NCBI GenBank assembly: GCA_032718475.1
Contig: JAUCBJ010007125.1
Coordinates: forward strand, 1 to 64,000
Direction of reading: 5' to 3'
DNA length: 64,000 nucleotides
Source of the DNA: Nemertoderma westbladi
Lineage: Eukaryota; Animalia; Xenacoelomorpha
The translations under genes and the position numbers were made by a program. The notes below the pieces were generated by a model. That model saw nothing but the letters and a program-made list of their open reading frames with translations. It searched no databases and was not told where the DNA came from. Below, in pieces: positions 62,905 to 64,000 of this stretch (its first letter is position 1; each line of letters begins with the position of its first letter).

Positions 62905-64000
62905 GGGTGTGTCAAAAAAAAAAATTTTGGATTTTGACTGTGCATACCCTCTGGATTTGTGCATTTGGGTGAAAAAACGACACAGACAAAATTTTTCATC
63001 ATTTGGCTCAGGTTAAGCCATCCCCCAAGGCGCTTGAAATTGTCAATGTTAATCGAATGGTATATTTTTGAATGAAAAAGGCCATCTGTCGGTTAGGACA
63101 CTTCCAGTCATCATATGAAGTCCATTTTGGTCTCATTTGAACCACAATCTGACAATAGCCGATTTAGTGGGGGTAGATGTGATTGTCTAAGTCTTAGTAC
63201 CAATATTTTGGAAACCTCACAGCTTAAATTTCAATATTACCAATAAGGGACTCATCAAAGGATACAACATTATCAATTTTGACTGTTGTCTTCATTGTGA
63301 CTATAGTGACATGGTTCATAATGACAATAGAAACCATCGCGAAACAATCGCTTTCTTCTCTGATACTTCCACCAAAGGAGAGAAAAGTGCCATCCCAACA
63401 AGGTCTTCACTTAAGTACCACAGCTGCCCTTTCAGTTTTTTCAAAGCTATACTGGCAACTTCTTTATCTACAACGTGGTACCTTTCAAGTTTCTTGAGTA
63501 GCAGTAAGTCATTAATGGGAGCATTGCAGCTATCTGGGGCTAAATTCCAAGGTACAATATAAATTGTTGCTATAAATAGTACAATACGTTTCAATGAATT
63601 CAATTCGTGGTGGCTCAAATCAAACTGATCTCGAAAAAGCAAAATCTTCAGACAGTATATCCCCTTAGCCATCCACCAGGAATGGCTGTATGCTCCAGGA
63701 GTCGAAAATTTAGCTTTAGCAGCAGGACAGCCCAGACTGAGAAGTACTAAATTAATAAACTCACTATAGTCCTGTCTTGGGGCAGTTTTTCTGGCTAGTA
63801 TATCAGTTAGTGCTTTACATGTGCTCTCTCTATTATTAGCCAGCCACGATTCTTCCTCACTGGATAAGACAAACTGGCCAGTTGTTTTGTCAAGTGACAA
63901 GTAACTCTCTTGGTTTATATAGGGCCACTGCTCCTTGAAACGACGGAAGAGTGGTATTTCTGGACCACATGTTGGGAAATATTTATCGAACACAGCTGAC
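62905..64000 (-). mobile_element. DNA transposon with transposase remnant (tentatively Sola2-like), runs off the window
   Basis: The minus-strand ORF 63316-63993 has GPEIPLFRRF, PRQDY.EF, PGAYSHSWWMAKGIYCLK, APINDL and QLWYLSE. I recognise these blocks from a widespread invertebrate transposase-like family. There is an abrupt GGGTGTGTC start after the minisatellite. The superfamily call is from memory and unverified. Confidence 0.55.

Overview
Repeat-rich eukaryotic (invertebrate-like) genomic DNA. The only host gene is a + strand fem-1 family ankyrin/TPR gene. Six coding exons lie between 8915 and 57013, all splice phases are compatible, and the gene continues past the window. Its introns hold several inserted or expanded elements. 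(1) A ~20.7 kb, ~600-copy 35-bp satellite built from the exon 2 3' end plus its splice donor. (2) A 27-bp repeat built from the exon 4 donor, with a hAT insertion. (3) Three further minisatellites. (4) A decayed BEL/Pao LTR retrotransposon (~38215-54113), whose 5' end is replaced by a CACTG-TIR element and which has a 4.46 kb internal tandem duplication. This retrotransposon carries a non-env extra ORF of ~866 aa. The ORF has DEDDy-like 3'-5' exonuclease motifs plus tandem CCHC (Nanos-like spacing) zinc fingers. A divergent homolog of that ORF's C-terminus, followed by a putative LTR, sits at the start of the window, so this looks like a family-level trait. Upstream of fem-1 are nested non-autonomous DNA transposons, including a foldback element with a 9-bp TSD. 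A transposase remnant ends the window. All assignments were made by eye; no database searches were run.
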